From Thermoproteus tenax Kra 1 (lineage in GTDB: Archaea > Thermoproteota > Thermoprotei > Thermoproteales > Thermoproteaceae): a DNA stretch of 32,000 nucleotides. Where the stretch lies: assembly GCF_000253055.1 (NCBI RefSeq), contig NC_016070.1, positions 1,080,001-1,112,000 of the forward strand, given 5' to 3'. The notes under the pieces were generated by a model that saw only the letters and a list, made by a program, of their open reading frames with translations, ran no database searches and had not been told where the DNA came from. Each line of letters opens with the position of its first letter. The first letter of the stretch is position 1. Shown here one piece after another: positions 8,583 through 17,343 of the stretch. Both the position numbers and the translations under genes were made by a program.

Positions 8583-9262
8583 TGCACTACTACTTGATCG
8601 AGGCCAGGGCGCCTCTGTACTCGGTGAAGGTGGTGGACGTCTACCAGGTGGCCTCCGCATATCCGCTCCCCACGCCGCACGCCGTCGTGGGGGCGCTGGG
8701 GGCGGCCATGGCCCACGCCGGCATGTGCCGGGGTTTGCAGTGTATGAAGGAGGCGGAGGGGCTGGTCGTGGCGGCTAGGCCGGCGGCTGTGGGGGAGCTG
8801 GCCAAGTTCCCCGCGGTGTTGTGGAGGACGCGGGGGGTGCTCGAGGACAAGTCCCTCCCGGCGGGCCTTGAGGACTACGCGGGCGCCCGGGACGCTATGG
8901 TTAGGGAGTACGTCTATGCCCACGCCGTCAAGATACTGCTGGTCACCAGGAAGAGAGTGCCGCAACACGTGATTAGGCTTATGGCGAGACTCGGCGACAG
9001 CGAGTCCTACGTGTCAGTCGTCGACGTCTTGGAGGGGAAGCCGAGGGAGTGCGGGGGGCTTGTCAACGTCGCCGTGAGGGCGGCGAAGGCGAGGAGAGGT
9101 AGCTACACGCTCTACCGCGCCTTAGACGAGAGGGGGAACCGGGAGCTCTTCGCATACCCCGTGGTGGAGGAGGGCGGGGTCTACAGGCGCGGCGGCGTGG
9201 AGGTTGGGTCTAAGGTGCTCTGCTTAGGCGAGGCTGTGTTCCCTGAGGGAGATGGTTGGTAG
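8579..9262 (+). CDS. cas5: Cas5 (subtype I-A)
   Basis: 227 aa; 'YYLIEARAPLYSVKVVDVYQVASAYPLPTPHAVVGALGAAMA' Cas5a N-terminus; between cas7 and cas3. Confidence 0.9.
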   Translation: MMHYYLIEARAPLYSVKVVDVYQVASAYPLPTPHAVVGALGAAMAHAGMCRGLQCMKEAEGLVVAARPAAVGELAKFPAVLWRTRGVLEDKSLPAGLEDYAGARDAMVREYVYAHAVKILLVTRKRVPQHVIRLMARLGDSESYVSVVDVLEGKPRECGGLVNVAVRAAKARRGSYTLYRALDERGNRELFAYPVVEEGGVYRRGGVEVGSKVLCLGEAVFPEGDGW

Positions 9263-10952
9263 AAGGCTTGACACGCTGGTGAGGGAGCTGAGCCTGGCGT
9301 GGTGTAGGTCGAAGGGGGAGCCCAGCTGCGCCGTGAGGGAGGACCTCCTCGCGGAGCAGGCCAAGGCGGCTGAGGTGATCGAGAGGTCAGACGGCGTGAT
9401 CCTCCTCAAGGCGCCGACGGGCTTCGGAAAGACCGAGATCTGGACAGCGCCGTTTTTCGCCCAGTGGCTCAGGGGGGAGTGGTTCGCGCCCAGGATGTAC
9501 GTCGTCGAGCCCATGCACGCCCTCCTTAGGCAGATGAAGAGGAGGATGGAGGTCTACGCCCAAGCCGTCCAAGGCCTGGGGCTCCCGAGGCTGAACGTCG
9601 CTGAGGATCACGGCGAGGTGGCGAAGCCCCTCTTCCTATACGGGGGGCACATAGTCCTCACCACAGTCGACTCGCTGGCCTACGGCTACCTCGCGAGGCG
9701 GGTACAGAGGTGGCGGGAGGAGGGCGTGGAGAGGGGAAGGTACAGCATGCCCGCGGGCCTACTCGCAAGCGCCTACATCGTCCTAGACGAGGCCCACCTC
9801 ATACAAGACGAGGCCTACCTAGGCCCCAGGGTGCTGGGGAAGATAGTCTGCGATCTGGCCTCCGCCGGAGCCAAGGTCGTCATATCCACCGCCACGGTCC
9901 CCGAGACATTCCTCAAGCACATCCCGTGCCTCGGCGGGAGGCTGACGCTTGGGTCCGGCACTGTCAGAAGAAACGTAAAGGTGGAGAGGAGGAAGGGGGT
10001 CCTCAAGGCGGAGGAAATCGAATGCGGCAAGCCCACCATCGTCATTGTGAACACTATAGAGAGGGCCCGGCGCATCTACAAACAGGTGAGGTGCGGGAAG
10101 AAGGCCGTGGTGCACTCGTTGATGAGGAGGGAGGACAAGGAGAGGCAGCTGAGCAAGGTGCTGGCGGACGGAAAGGTGGCCGAGGACGCTGTGCTGATTG
10201 GGACCCAGGCGCTTGAGGTGGGGCTCGACTTCTCCAACCTAAGGGCGCTCTACACTGAGACGGCCCCCGTAGACGCGCTGATCCAGCGCATTGGGAGGGT
10301 GGGGAGAGACGGGGATAAGGCGGAGGCCTACATCTACGAGGCCGAGGGCGATGCCCCCTACCCGCAGACCCTCATGCGGGCCACGCGCGAAGCCCTTGAG
10401 AAGGAGCTACTGGGAGGCGCCGCGCTGACGTCTTGGGAAGACGCACAGAGGGCCGTGGACAAAGTGTACAACGAGAAGGCCGTGGAGGAGCTCATGACGA
10501 GGGGGCTGGCGTGGTACGGCCAAGCGCTCGGCTACCTGCAGGAGCTGTCCCTCTTCTCCTACCCGCCCAGAGGAGAGGTGAGGATAAGGCCCTCCAACTA
10601 CATCACGCTTGTTATTGCTGACGTGAAGCAGGATGGGGATAAGGGGCGGTACATCACGGAGGACGACGTGGAGAGAGGCGCGATGAAGATGAGCTACACC
10701 TCCAGAGACGACCCCAGGATTAACGCCCTGCTCCAGAAGGTATCCACCGCATATACGGTGAGGGGGGTTGCCACGGCGAAGGACGAGACCCGCTACTACC
10801 TAAGCGAGCTCCGGAGGAGCTGGGATGGGGTTGAGGTAGTTGTGGTGGACAGGAGGGACGTGGAGGAGCTGTACGACGAGGCGGGGCTCGACGTGGCGCA
10901 GCTCAGCGGCGGAGGCCAGAAGAGGAAGGGAAGGGGGCGGAGGAGGCGATGA
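9252..10952 (+). CDS. cas3: Cas3' helicase (subtype I-A, stand-alone)
   Basis: 566 aa SF2 helicase: 'LLKAPTGFGKTEIW' Walker A, 'YIVLDEAHLI' DEAH box, 'VISTATVP', 'LIQRIGRVGRDGD' motif VI. Confidence 0.93.
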   Translation: MVGRRLDTLVRELSLAWCRSKGEPSCAVREDLLAEQAKAAEVIERSDGVILLKAPTGFGKTEIWTAPFFAQWLRGEWFAPRMYVVEPMHALLRQMKRRMEVYAQAVQGLGLPRLNVAEDHGEVAKPLFLYGGHIVLTTVDSLAYGYLARRVQRWREEGVERGRYSMPAGLLASAYIVLDEAHLIQDEAYLGPRVLGKIVCDLASAGAKVVISTATVPETFLKHIPCLGGRLTLGSGTVRRNVKVERRKGVLKAEEIECGKPTIVIVNTIERARRIYKQVRCGKKAVVHSLMRREDKERQLSKVLADGKVAEDAVLIGTQALEVGLDFSNLRALYTETAPVDALIQRIGRVGRDGDKAEAYIYEAEGDAPYPQTLMRATREALEKELLGGAALTSWEDAQRAVDKVYNEKAVEELMTRGLAWYGQALGYLQELSLFSYPPRGEVRIRPSNYITLVIADVKQDGDKGRYITEDDVERGAMKMSYTSRDDPRINALLQKVSTAYTVRGVATAKDETRYYLSELRRSWDGVEVVVVDRRDVEELYDEAGLDVAQLSGGGQKRKGRGRRRR

Positions 10953-11629
10953 GCTGCTGCGCCTACTTCCGGGGGAGGGACTGCCTCCAGACCTACGAAG
11001 ACCACATCACGCAGGCTCTGGAGGCGTGTGAAAGGCTGAGGCCCTACTACGGCCGCTGGATGGAGAAGGCATTTGGGACCGCCGACGCCGCCGCCCTAGC
11101 CGTGGAGTTCCACGACCTAGGCAAGCTCGCCAAGGCTTACATAGCCGGCAACCGCGCCAGATATAGGCACGAGGTGTTGGGGGCCTACTTTGCGTTGAAG
11201 ACCCTACAGACGGAGGCGAGATACTACGTGGCGGCGGCGGTCGCGCTCCACCACGAGCCCATGATCCTCGCCGCCTACGCCGGCGAGCTCGGCGAGAGGG
11301 CTATCCACGTCTCCACGCTGAGGGCCATGCTGAAGGACTCCGACCTGAGCCTCGGTTGCACCCCCAACTACAGCTACAGGCCTGAGGTAGCCGCGGCGCT
11401 GAGGGAGTGGGCAAGCAGACCGCCCACCGCCGACGACGTGGCCGACGCCTTCCAGGAGCTCGCCGTGTATCTTAGCGGCGGCGCCCCCGAGGAGGCGAGG
11501 GTCAAACGGCTGAGGGTGGCCGGGCTACTACACGTGCTGACCGTATGCGACAACTGGGGAGCGAGGGGCCGTCCAGGAGAGGGAACCTTCATTAGCAGAT
11601 ACATGACAGTGAGCGAGCTGGGGCTATGA
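10949..11629 (+). CDS. cas3'': Cas3'' HD nuclease
   Basis: 226 aa; 'AVEFHDLGKLAKAY' HD motif and 'ALHHEPMI'; overlaps the neighbouring genes by 4 nt. Confidence 0.9.
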   Translation: MSCCAYFRGRDCLQTYEDHITQALEACERLRPYYGRWMEKAFGTADAAALAVEFHDLGKLAKAYIAGNRARYRHEVLGAYFALKTLQTEARYYVAAAVALHHEPMILAAYAGELGERAIHVSTLRAMLKDSDLSLGCTPNYSYRPEVAAALREWASRPPTADDVADAFQELAVYLSGGAPEEARVKRLRVAGLLHVLTVCDNWGARGRPGEGTFISRYMTVSELGL

Positions 11630-12711
11630 CCCAGTGCCCCCAGGAGATGATCACGCCGGGCCACGGCATTATAGCCGACGCCCTCATCATGCACGGCCTC
11701 ATCAAGATCCTCCACATCGAGGGGAAGATGGAGGGGTGGGCAGAGCGGCGAGGCGAGAGATTCGTCGTATGCGCCGAGAGGCCGGATCTGAACTGGATAG
11801 ACCAGTGGGAGCCCATGGAGCTCCTCGAGATCGCCGCGGAGTTCAAGGCGAAGGGCAAGGATAGGGCATCGGAAGAGGAGGAGCAGAGGCCCTACTTCGG
11901 CTTGGTGCACGACCTTTCCAGATCCACAGTGGACCCGGGCAACTTCTCCAGCTGGATCTCCGACGTCAGAGAGGCGCTGTATGCGCTCAAGGCGGACTTC
12001 GACCTCTCCGAGGAGCACAAGGAGAAGAGGGGGGAGGGCCGCGCCCGCTCAAAGAAACGCGGGTACTACACGCTCTACCTCCCCCTCTCGGGGGTCTACG
12101 GCAAATACGTCGTGGAGAACTACGGCATAAGGCAGTCCCAGTACGCGGTCTGCGCCACGTGCTTCGCCCTCAGCACCCTGGGCTACATCTACGGCACCGT
12201 AAAGGCGCGGGTGGAGCGGAGGTCCTCCTCCGGCGGGGGACACGACGTCTTCAACCTCACGTTTATCCCAAGGGAGAGGACGTCGCTGAGGTCCCTCATG
12301 GCGCTTCAGAGGATGGCAGGTCTCGTAGAGATGCGGCCGGGGGATCTAAACGAGCTGGGGGCAGTGGTGTACATGCTGTCGGTCGGCGAGACCATATACG
12401 CGGTGAGAGAGGGCGTGGACATCCTCGTCTGGGTCACCCAGAGGGCCGGCAACTTCCAGAGGACCGTCGGGGTCAACATATTCAGAGGCGACAGACTGTT
12501 GGAGGCCATCGCAGAGATCAAGTACAGAGCCCCCAGTTGGCCCAAGATAGCGAGGCAGCTCGGCAGCTCCCTAAACGTCCTAGGCGAGTACCTCGCCTTC
12601 GGCGGCGACGTGTACCACGTCATTAGGTCGGTGATGGCCGACTTGGGGAGGAAAGGGGGGAAGTTGGCCGGGCTGGAAGGTCTCGCAGAAGCCCTTAAAA
12701 AGATAGGCTAG
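11626..12711 (+). CDS. cas8a2: Cas8a2 (Csa4) large subunit of the type I-A Cascade
   Basis: 361 aa ORF in the canonical position after cas3''; 'YGIRQSQYAVCATCFALSTLGYIYGT' conserved-looking core. Confidence 0.78.
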   Translation: MTQCPQEMITPGHGIIADALIMHGLIKILHIEGKMEGWAERRGERFVVCAERPDLNWIDQWEPMELLEIAAEFKAKGKDRASEEEEQRPYFGLVHDLSRSTVDPGNFSSWISDVREALYALKADFDLSEEHKEKRGEGRARSKKRGYYTLYLPLSGVYGKYVVENYGIRQSQYAVCATCFALSTLGYIYGTVKARVERRSSSGGGHDVFNLTFIPRERTSLRSLMALQRMAGLVEMRPGDLNELGAVVYMLSVGETIYAVREGVDILVWVTQRAGNFQRTVGVNIFRGDRLLEAIAEIKYRAPSWPKIARQLGSSLNVLGEYLAFGGDVYHVIRSVMADLGRKGGKLAGLEGLAEALKKIG

Positions 12712-12780
12712 AACAAACCCGTGTTCAAATTCGAGTTCTGCCCCACGCGGTCGCGCTGCCTCACCAGAGGGAGTGGGGAA

Positions 12781-13578
12781 ATGGCGGACGTCACAGTGAT
12801 AATGGGCCCTCCGAGGGCCGGGAAATCCCTATTCCTCGCCCTCCTCTACGGCCTGTCCTACTACTCCAGACAGGGCAGAATTCCCGGCTTCCTGCGGGAG
12901 CTGGCCGAGAGCTACCTCGGCGCTGGGGGCCACATAGGCCTTGAGACGGAGGACGGCGTCGTCAGATGCGAAAGCACGGCCGACGGGGTCTCATGCACCG
13001 CAGACGCCAGGCGCCAGTTCATGGCCTACCTCCTATACGAGGGCCTGGAGTACACACTGAGGTTCAGACACTGCGCACCCCCCGACGAGAGGGGGGAAGT
13101 GTTGGCGTACATAGAAAAGGCCGTGATGAAGAAAGCCGGCGAGAGGTACCCGGTGGCGGTACGCGGCGGAGAGCTGTGGGAGGAAGTAGGCGGCAGGCAC
13201 CTGCCCATAAGGCACTCCTCCAACGCGGTTGTCCTCGTCGGTGTGCTCGAGCGCCTCGCCAGCTACGCCTCAGAAGGCGAGATGCTCCTCCTCGACGGCA
13301 CCCTCGACGGCCTCTACCCAGACGACGCCGCCTACCTCGCCTACCGGATAGCCCAGGCGGCCTCCCGAGGCGCAAGAGCAGTGGTGGCCACCCACCTCCC
13401 CCTCATCTACGACCTATTCAACAACCTAGACGCAGTGGCGGAGTACCTAAGAAGGGAGAAGCTACGCGTGGAGACGGCCGGCTGGATCTTCCACGCGGGG
13501 GAGATAACCCCCGCCGACTACAACCTAACCCCCTACGGCAGAGTCCTCATGGAGATATACAGCAAGATATACCGATGA
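12781..13578 (+). CDS. ABC/AAA_21-like ATPase, cas-adjacent, function unknown
   Basis: 265 aa from ATG 12781; 'VTVIMGPPRAGKSLFL' Walker A near the N-terminus, 'EMLLLDGTLDGLYPDD' Walker B/D-loop-like, 'AVVATHLPL' H-loop-like. Confidence 0.7.
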   Translation: MADVTVIMGPPRAGKSLFLALLYGLSYYSRQGRIPGFLRELAESYLGAGGHIGLETEDGVVRCESTADGVSCTADARRQFMAYLLYEGLEYTLRFRHCAPPDERGEVLAYIEKAVMKKAGERYPVAVRGGELWEEVGGRHLPIRHSSNAVVLVGVLERLASYASEGEMLLLDGTLDGLYPDDAAYLAYRIAQAASRGARAVVATHLPLIYDLFNNLDAVAEYLRREKLRVETAGWIFHAGEITPADYNLTPYGRVLMEIYSKIYR

Positions 13579-14015
13579 GCTGCTGCCCCTGCATCGCCAG
13601 ACTCGACATACCAGACGGCGGCAAACACGTCACGAAGTACCTACGCATCTCCCAGATGCAGAGCCACGACCCCAACGAAGTCCACAAATACCTCAGCCAC
13701 GTTCTAGACGACAGCATCTCCGACGACTGCCTACGCCACAGAGACAACGCCGTAGACTGCTACTTCCTCGACAGCAGCGGCCAGAAAATCGGCGTTGAGT
13801 TCACCACAAAACTCGACACAAGCCACATAAATACCAAGACGATCGACGGCAAGCAATGCGACGCCTCCCGCTGCAGAGCGGTCATAGTGTTGCCGGCCAA
13901 GAACGCCCCAGATATCCGAATGAAGACGGGAATACTCACATGCCGAAGCCACAGAGACTGCGCCAAACTCCCCCACCTCCTGCTTGAGTACGAGATAGTA
14001 ATCGTGTACATTTGA
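13575..14015 (+). CDS. Hypothetical protein translationally coupled to the ATPase; possible PD-(D/E)XK-like nuclease
   Basis: 146 aa starting MSCCPCIARLD; ATGA overlap with the upstream stop; 'NAVDCYFLDSSGQKIGVEFTTKL' resembles a D...ExT/K core. The 349 aa ORF-track ORF merges out-of-frame upstream codons. Confidence 0.55.
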   Translation: MSCCPCIARLDIPDGGKHVTKYLRISQMQSHDPNEVHKYLSHVLDDSISDDCLRHRDNAVDCYFLDSSGQKIGVEFTTKLDTSHINTKTIDGKQCDASRCRAVIVLPAKNAPDIRMKTGILTCRSHRDCAKLPHLLLEYEIVIVYI

Positions 14016-14078
14016 ACGCGCCAAGTGCCCGTATAGCTCAGTCCCGCCTACACGGCCAGCTTACGAAACGCCAAGCGG

Positions 14079-15114
14079 TCAACCTTCGTAGAGGATTGAG
14101 GCCAGCTGCTTAACCCTGCCTGTCAACAAATCGGGGCTCAACCCCATCGACTTCAGAGCTTGCTCCGCCTCGGGCGGCAGCTCGGCGAGGTCGCTGGGGC
14201 TTGAGATCCTCAAGAGCGAGGCCCCGCCCTCCGTCTTATAGACGAAATAGGCGGGCACGCCCCTCTTCAACGCGATCAACACGTCGTCCACGTAGTTGCT
14301 CTCGAACACAGTGACCCCCCTCCTCCTCCTCGCCAGTATCCTCTCCACGAACCTCAGCCTAACCGGCTCGTAAAGAGACACCTCAGACAGATCGATGTGG
14401 AGCGGAGCGTCCCAAGCCGTGTAGGCCCTGTGCAGAACACCATAGATAGCCTCCACCCCCCTCCCCGCCTCCTCCGGGCTGAGCTTAAGGCCCACAACCT
14501 CGTCATATGCCCCACCTGGCGAAATCACATAGCCGCCAGTCCGTTCCTCAAAAGGCTCGGCAGGGCCGGGCTCAGGCCTCAGAAGTCTCGCTACGTAGAG
14601 GGCTAGCTTGCGGGCCGTCCCCTCCGTCCCCCGCTCAAGCTCGCCCTCAACGCTCAACCCCTCCGGAGACGCCGCCAGCTCCTGGTCTAGCTCGACCGAG
14701 AAGTCCAAGACGTGGGGCTCGTCGCCAGCCACAGCGACAGGTCACCCTCCCATAGTCGCACTGGGCCAACCTGTTGGCGTGATCCGCAGAAACCTTCCGA
14801 AGCTCCTCCACCACGTCATGGGGAAACGGCACGCCGTAGCACTTCGACCTAGGAAACGGCAAGCCCTCCACAGACACGCTTACACGACCCCGAGGCGTCC
14901 TCCTCCAAGCGCTGACACGTCTCCCCAGGTACAGCCCCCTCCCCCACTCCAAGTAGCCAAACGCCGTAATCGCGGTATATATCGTGGTCTTCCCCACCCC
15001 ATTCGGCCCAAAGAGCAGAAAAACCTCAGGAAGCTCCACATTGAGCTCCCTAATAACGCCAAAATTCTCAACAACAACCCTCATACCCCCCTCAACACAG
15101 AAGTTATTATACAT
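14079..15114 (-). pseudogene. Frameshifted ABC/RecF-like ATPase (ORFs 14647-15114 and 14079-14732)
   Basis: N-terminal part 'VVVENFGVIRELNVELPEVFLLFGPNGVGKTTIYTAI' (Walker A); second ORF has a Walker B-like 'PLHIDLSEVSLYEP'; ORFs overlap with a reading-frame change around 14726-14735. May be real disruption or sequence error. Confidence 0.6.
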
Positions 15115-15239
15115 CCCAACGCACTCCCCACCGCCGACGCGGCACCAACCCCTCCTCCACAGCGACCTGCCCCCTCAACCGCCATCACGAGATTCAACGC
15201 CGAATACATGCCAAGCGAGGACATAGTTCCATACATGCT

Positions 15240-15332
15240 CTTTCAATCTTCTATTTAAGACTCTATATGTGCTGATGCGGCTTGAGGACGCACTAGATGA
15301 GATTGAAGCTTTCAATCCTCAACTTGAGATTC
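15240..15332 (-). repeat. Two degenerate leader-distal repeats of array B
   Basis: 15240-15263 CTTTCAATCTTCTATTTAAGACTC (4 mismatches) and 15309-15332 CTTTCAATCCTCAACTTGAGATTC (3 mismatches) versus CTTTCAATCCTCTTTTTGAGATTC; 45-nt spacer between them. Confidence 0.85.
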
Positions 15333-15379
15333 GCCGGTCAGGCGCGTCCTTGAGGAGTTCGTCTCGAGGTCGCCCATCG

Positions 15380-16997
15380 CTTTCAATCCTCTTTTTGAGA
15401 TTCCGAGCTCAATTTCCCCGGCCTCATTGACTTTGTACTTGGGTCTTTCAATCCTCTTTTTGAGATTCTGAAGGCCCAAACTCAGATCCAGAAAAGAATA
15501 AAAATAAATCTTTCAATCCTCTTTTTGAGATTCCGTGCTACTTCCGGCCGGGACAACTATCACGTACTCGTTCTCCGCCTTTCAATCCTCTTTTTGAGAT
15601 TCCGCCGGGCTCCCCGCGGCCATCATCGCGTCAGGCTGTCGCTTTCAATCCTCTTTTTGAGATTCTAGGTTCTACGGATAATATAATGCAGGTATTTGTA
15701 GAAAGTTCACTTTCAATCCTCTTTTTGAGATTCTATCGTTACGTTGTCGTACCAAACGACTTGAGCCGGCTGATCTTTCAATCCTCTTTTTGAGATTCGA
15801 GATACATATCGTTGAGCGTGGCATTAGATGCTTTGTCGATACTTTCAATCCTCTTTTTGAGATTCCGAGCCAGGCGGGCACGTTCAACTGGTGGGATCTC
15901 ATCTTTCAATCCTCTTTTTGAGATTCCCCGAAACCCAAATGGACAGCAGAATTCTGGCGATAAAGGCGGAGATCTTTCAATCCTCTTTTTGAGATTCAAG
16001 AGGTAGTTAAGCACTTCAACGCAATAGGCTTTATGCCCTGCTTTCAATCCTCTTTTTGAGATTCTATATGAGACCAACCACGAGACTGAGTTCTATATTG
16101 ATCCATTACTTTCAATCCTCTTTTTGAGATTCCGACGCCCGCGTCATCCCCAACGTCGGAGATGCAGGTCTTTCAATCCTCTTTTTGAGATTCAGCGTGG
16201 CTCCACTCGTCGGAGCATGCGACGAAGGCCGGCCTTTCAATCCTCTTTTTGAGATTCCCTGGCTGTGTAAAGGTTGTCGAAGTACCTGGTCAACCTTTCA
16301 ATCCTCTTTTTGAGATTCAGCACGATGAGGAGGCCGAGGAACCCCTTGAACCTGTCCCCTTTCAATCCTCTTTTTGAGATTCTTCTTCAGCCACCACCAG
16401 AATAGGAAGGCCGCCACGATGAACTTTCAATCCTCTTTTTGAGATTCAGCCACCGCGAAGTAGTTGAGACAGCGCCGGCGTGACGTTCAACTTTCAATCC
16501 TCTTTTTGAGATTCAAAGCCGAGGTGAACAATTTTTATTGGTCTTAATGTATTCCCCTTTCAATCCTCTTTTTGAGATTCAGGGAACATATACAAATTAT
16601 AAGGCCTTAATAACAATAGAGAACTGCGACTTTCAATCCTCTTTTTGAGATTCACTGTTATGAGACCGTCCCCGTACTGGTAGACCTTGTACCCCTTGCT
16701 CTGACTTTCAATCCTCTTTTTGAGATTCGGTTCACTGAGAGGTACGGAGAATCCATGCACTGGCCTTGCGGCTTTCAATCCTCTTTTTGAGATTCAAACA
16801 AATTAGGAGATGTAGTGATAGCGAAAAGGAACGAGGCTTTCAATCCTCTTTTTGAGATTCCACGAGCATCCCCAAGCCCGAAGTAATTGTCAAATACCCA
16901 GAGCTCTTTCAATCCTCTTTTTGAGATTCAAAGCTTAGAATTGGAATTTCTACTATTGCGCTTAGATAGCTATCTTTCAATCCTCTTTTTGAGATTC
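15380..16997 (-). CRISPR. CRISPR array B: 25 canonical repeats GAATCTCAAAAAGAGGATTGAAAG (given for the - strand), 24 spacers of ~36-51 nt
   Basis: Direct counting; leader lies to the right, so transcription is on the - strand. Confidence 0.99.
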
Positions 16998-17309
16998 CGG
17001 GCCTTCTGGGTTTTGGTTTTTGGCTGTTTTTAAGTTTTTCTCTGGTGGGTTTTGCGTTGATTGCAGCGTGTTCTTGAGATAGCTCTCCCCGGACTGCTGA
17101 TTTCTCTAGAACTGGCCCCCTGCGTCCCGCAGTTGAAGGCGCGTGTTTGACTGTCGGCGACGCCGTCCGCCGTTGTTCTGCACGGCGATTTATATGCGGG
17201 ATCCCCGCTTGACAAAAACACAACGGCGGAGGAGTAGAACGATTTTACAGAAAGAAAGGGCAAGTTGCACGACGATTTTTAAACGCCGGGAATTATTTAG
17301 GATATATAG
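16998..17309 (-). promoter_or_regulatory. CRISPR leader of array B (~312 bp)
   Basis: Reverse complement runs CTATATATCCTAAATAATTCCCGGCGTTTAAAAATCGTCGTGCAACTTGCCC...GAAAAACTTAAAAACAGCC...AGAAGGCCCG into repeat 1. Confidence 0.88.
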
Positions 17310-17343
17310 GTTCTCCAATTTCGTGGACCCGCTGACCGGACGT

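Noticed and set aside
14608-15258. 216 aa plus-strand ORF over the second ATPase
   Set aside because: Low-complexity Pro/Thr/Arg translation antisense to an ATPase with clear Walker A.
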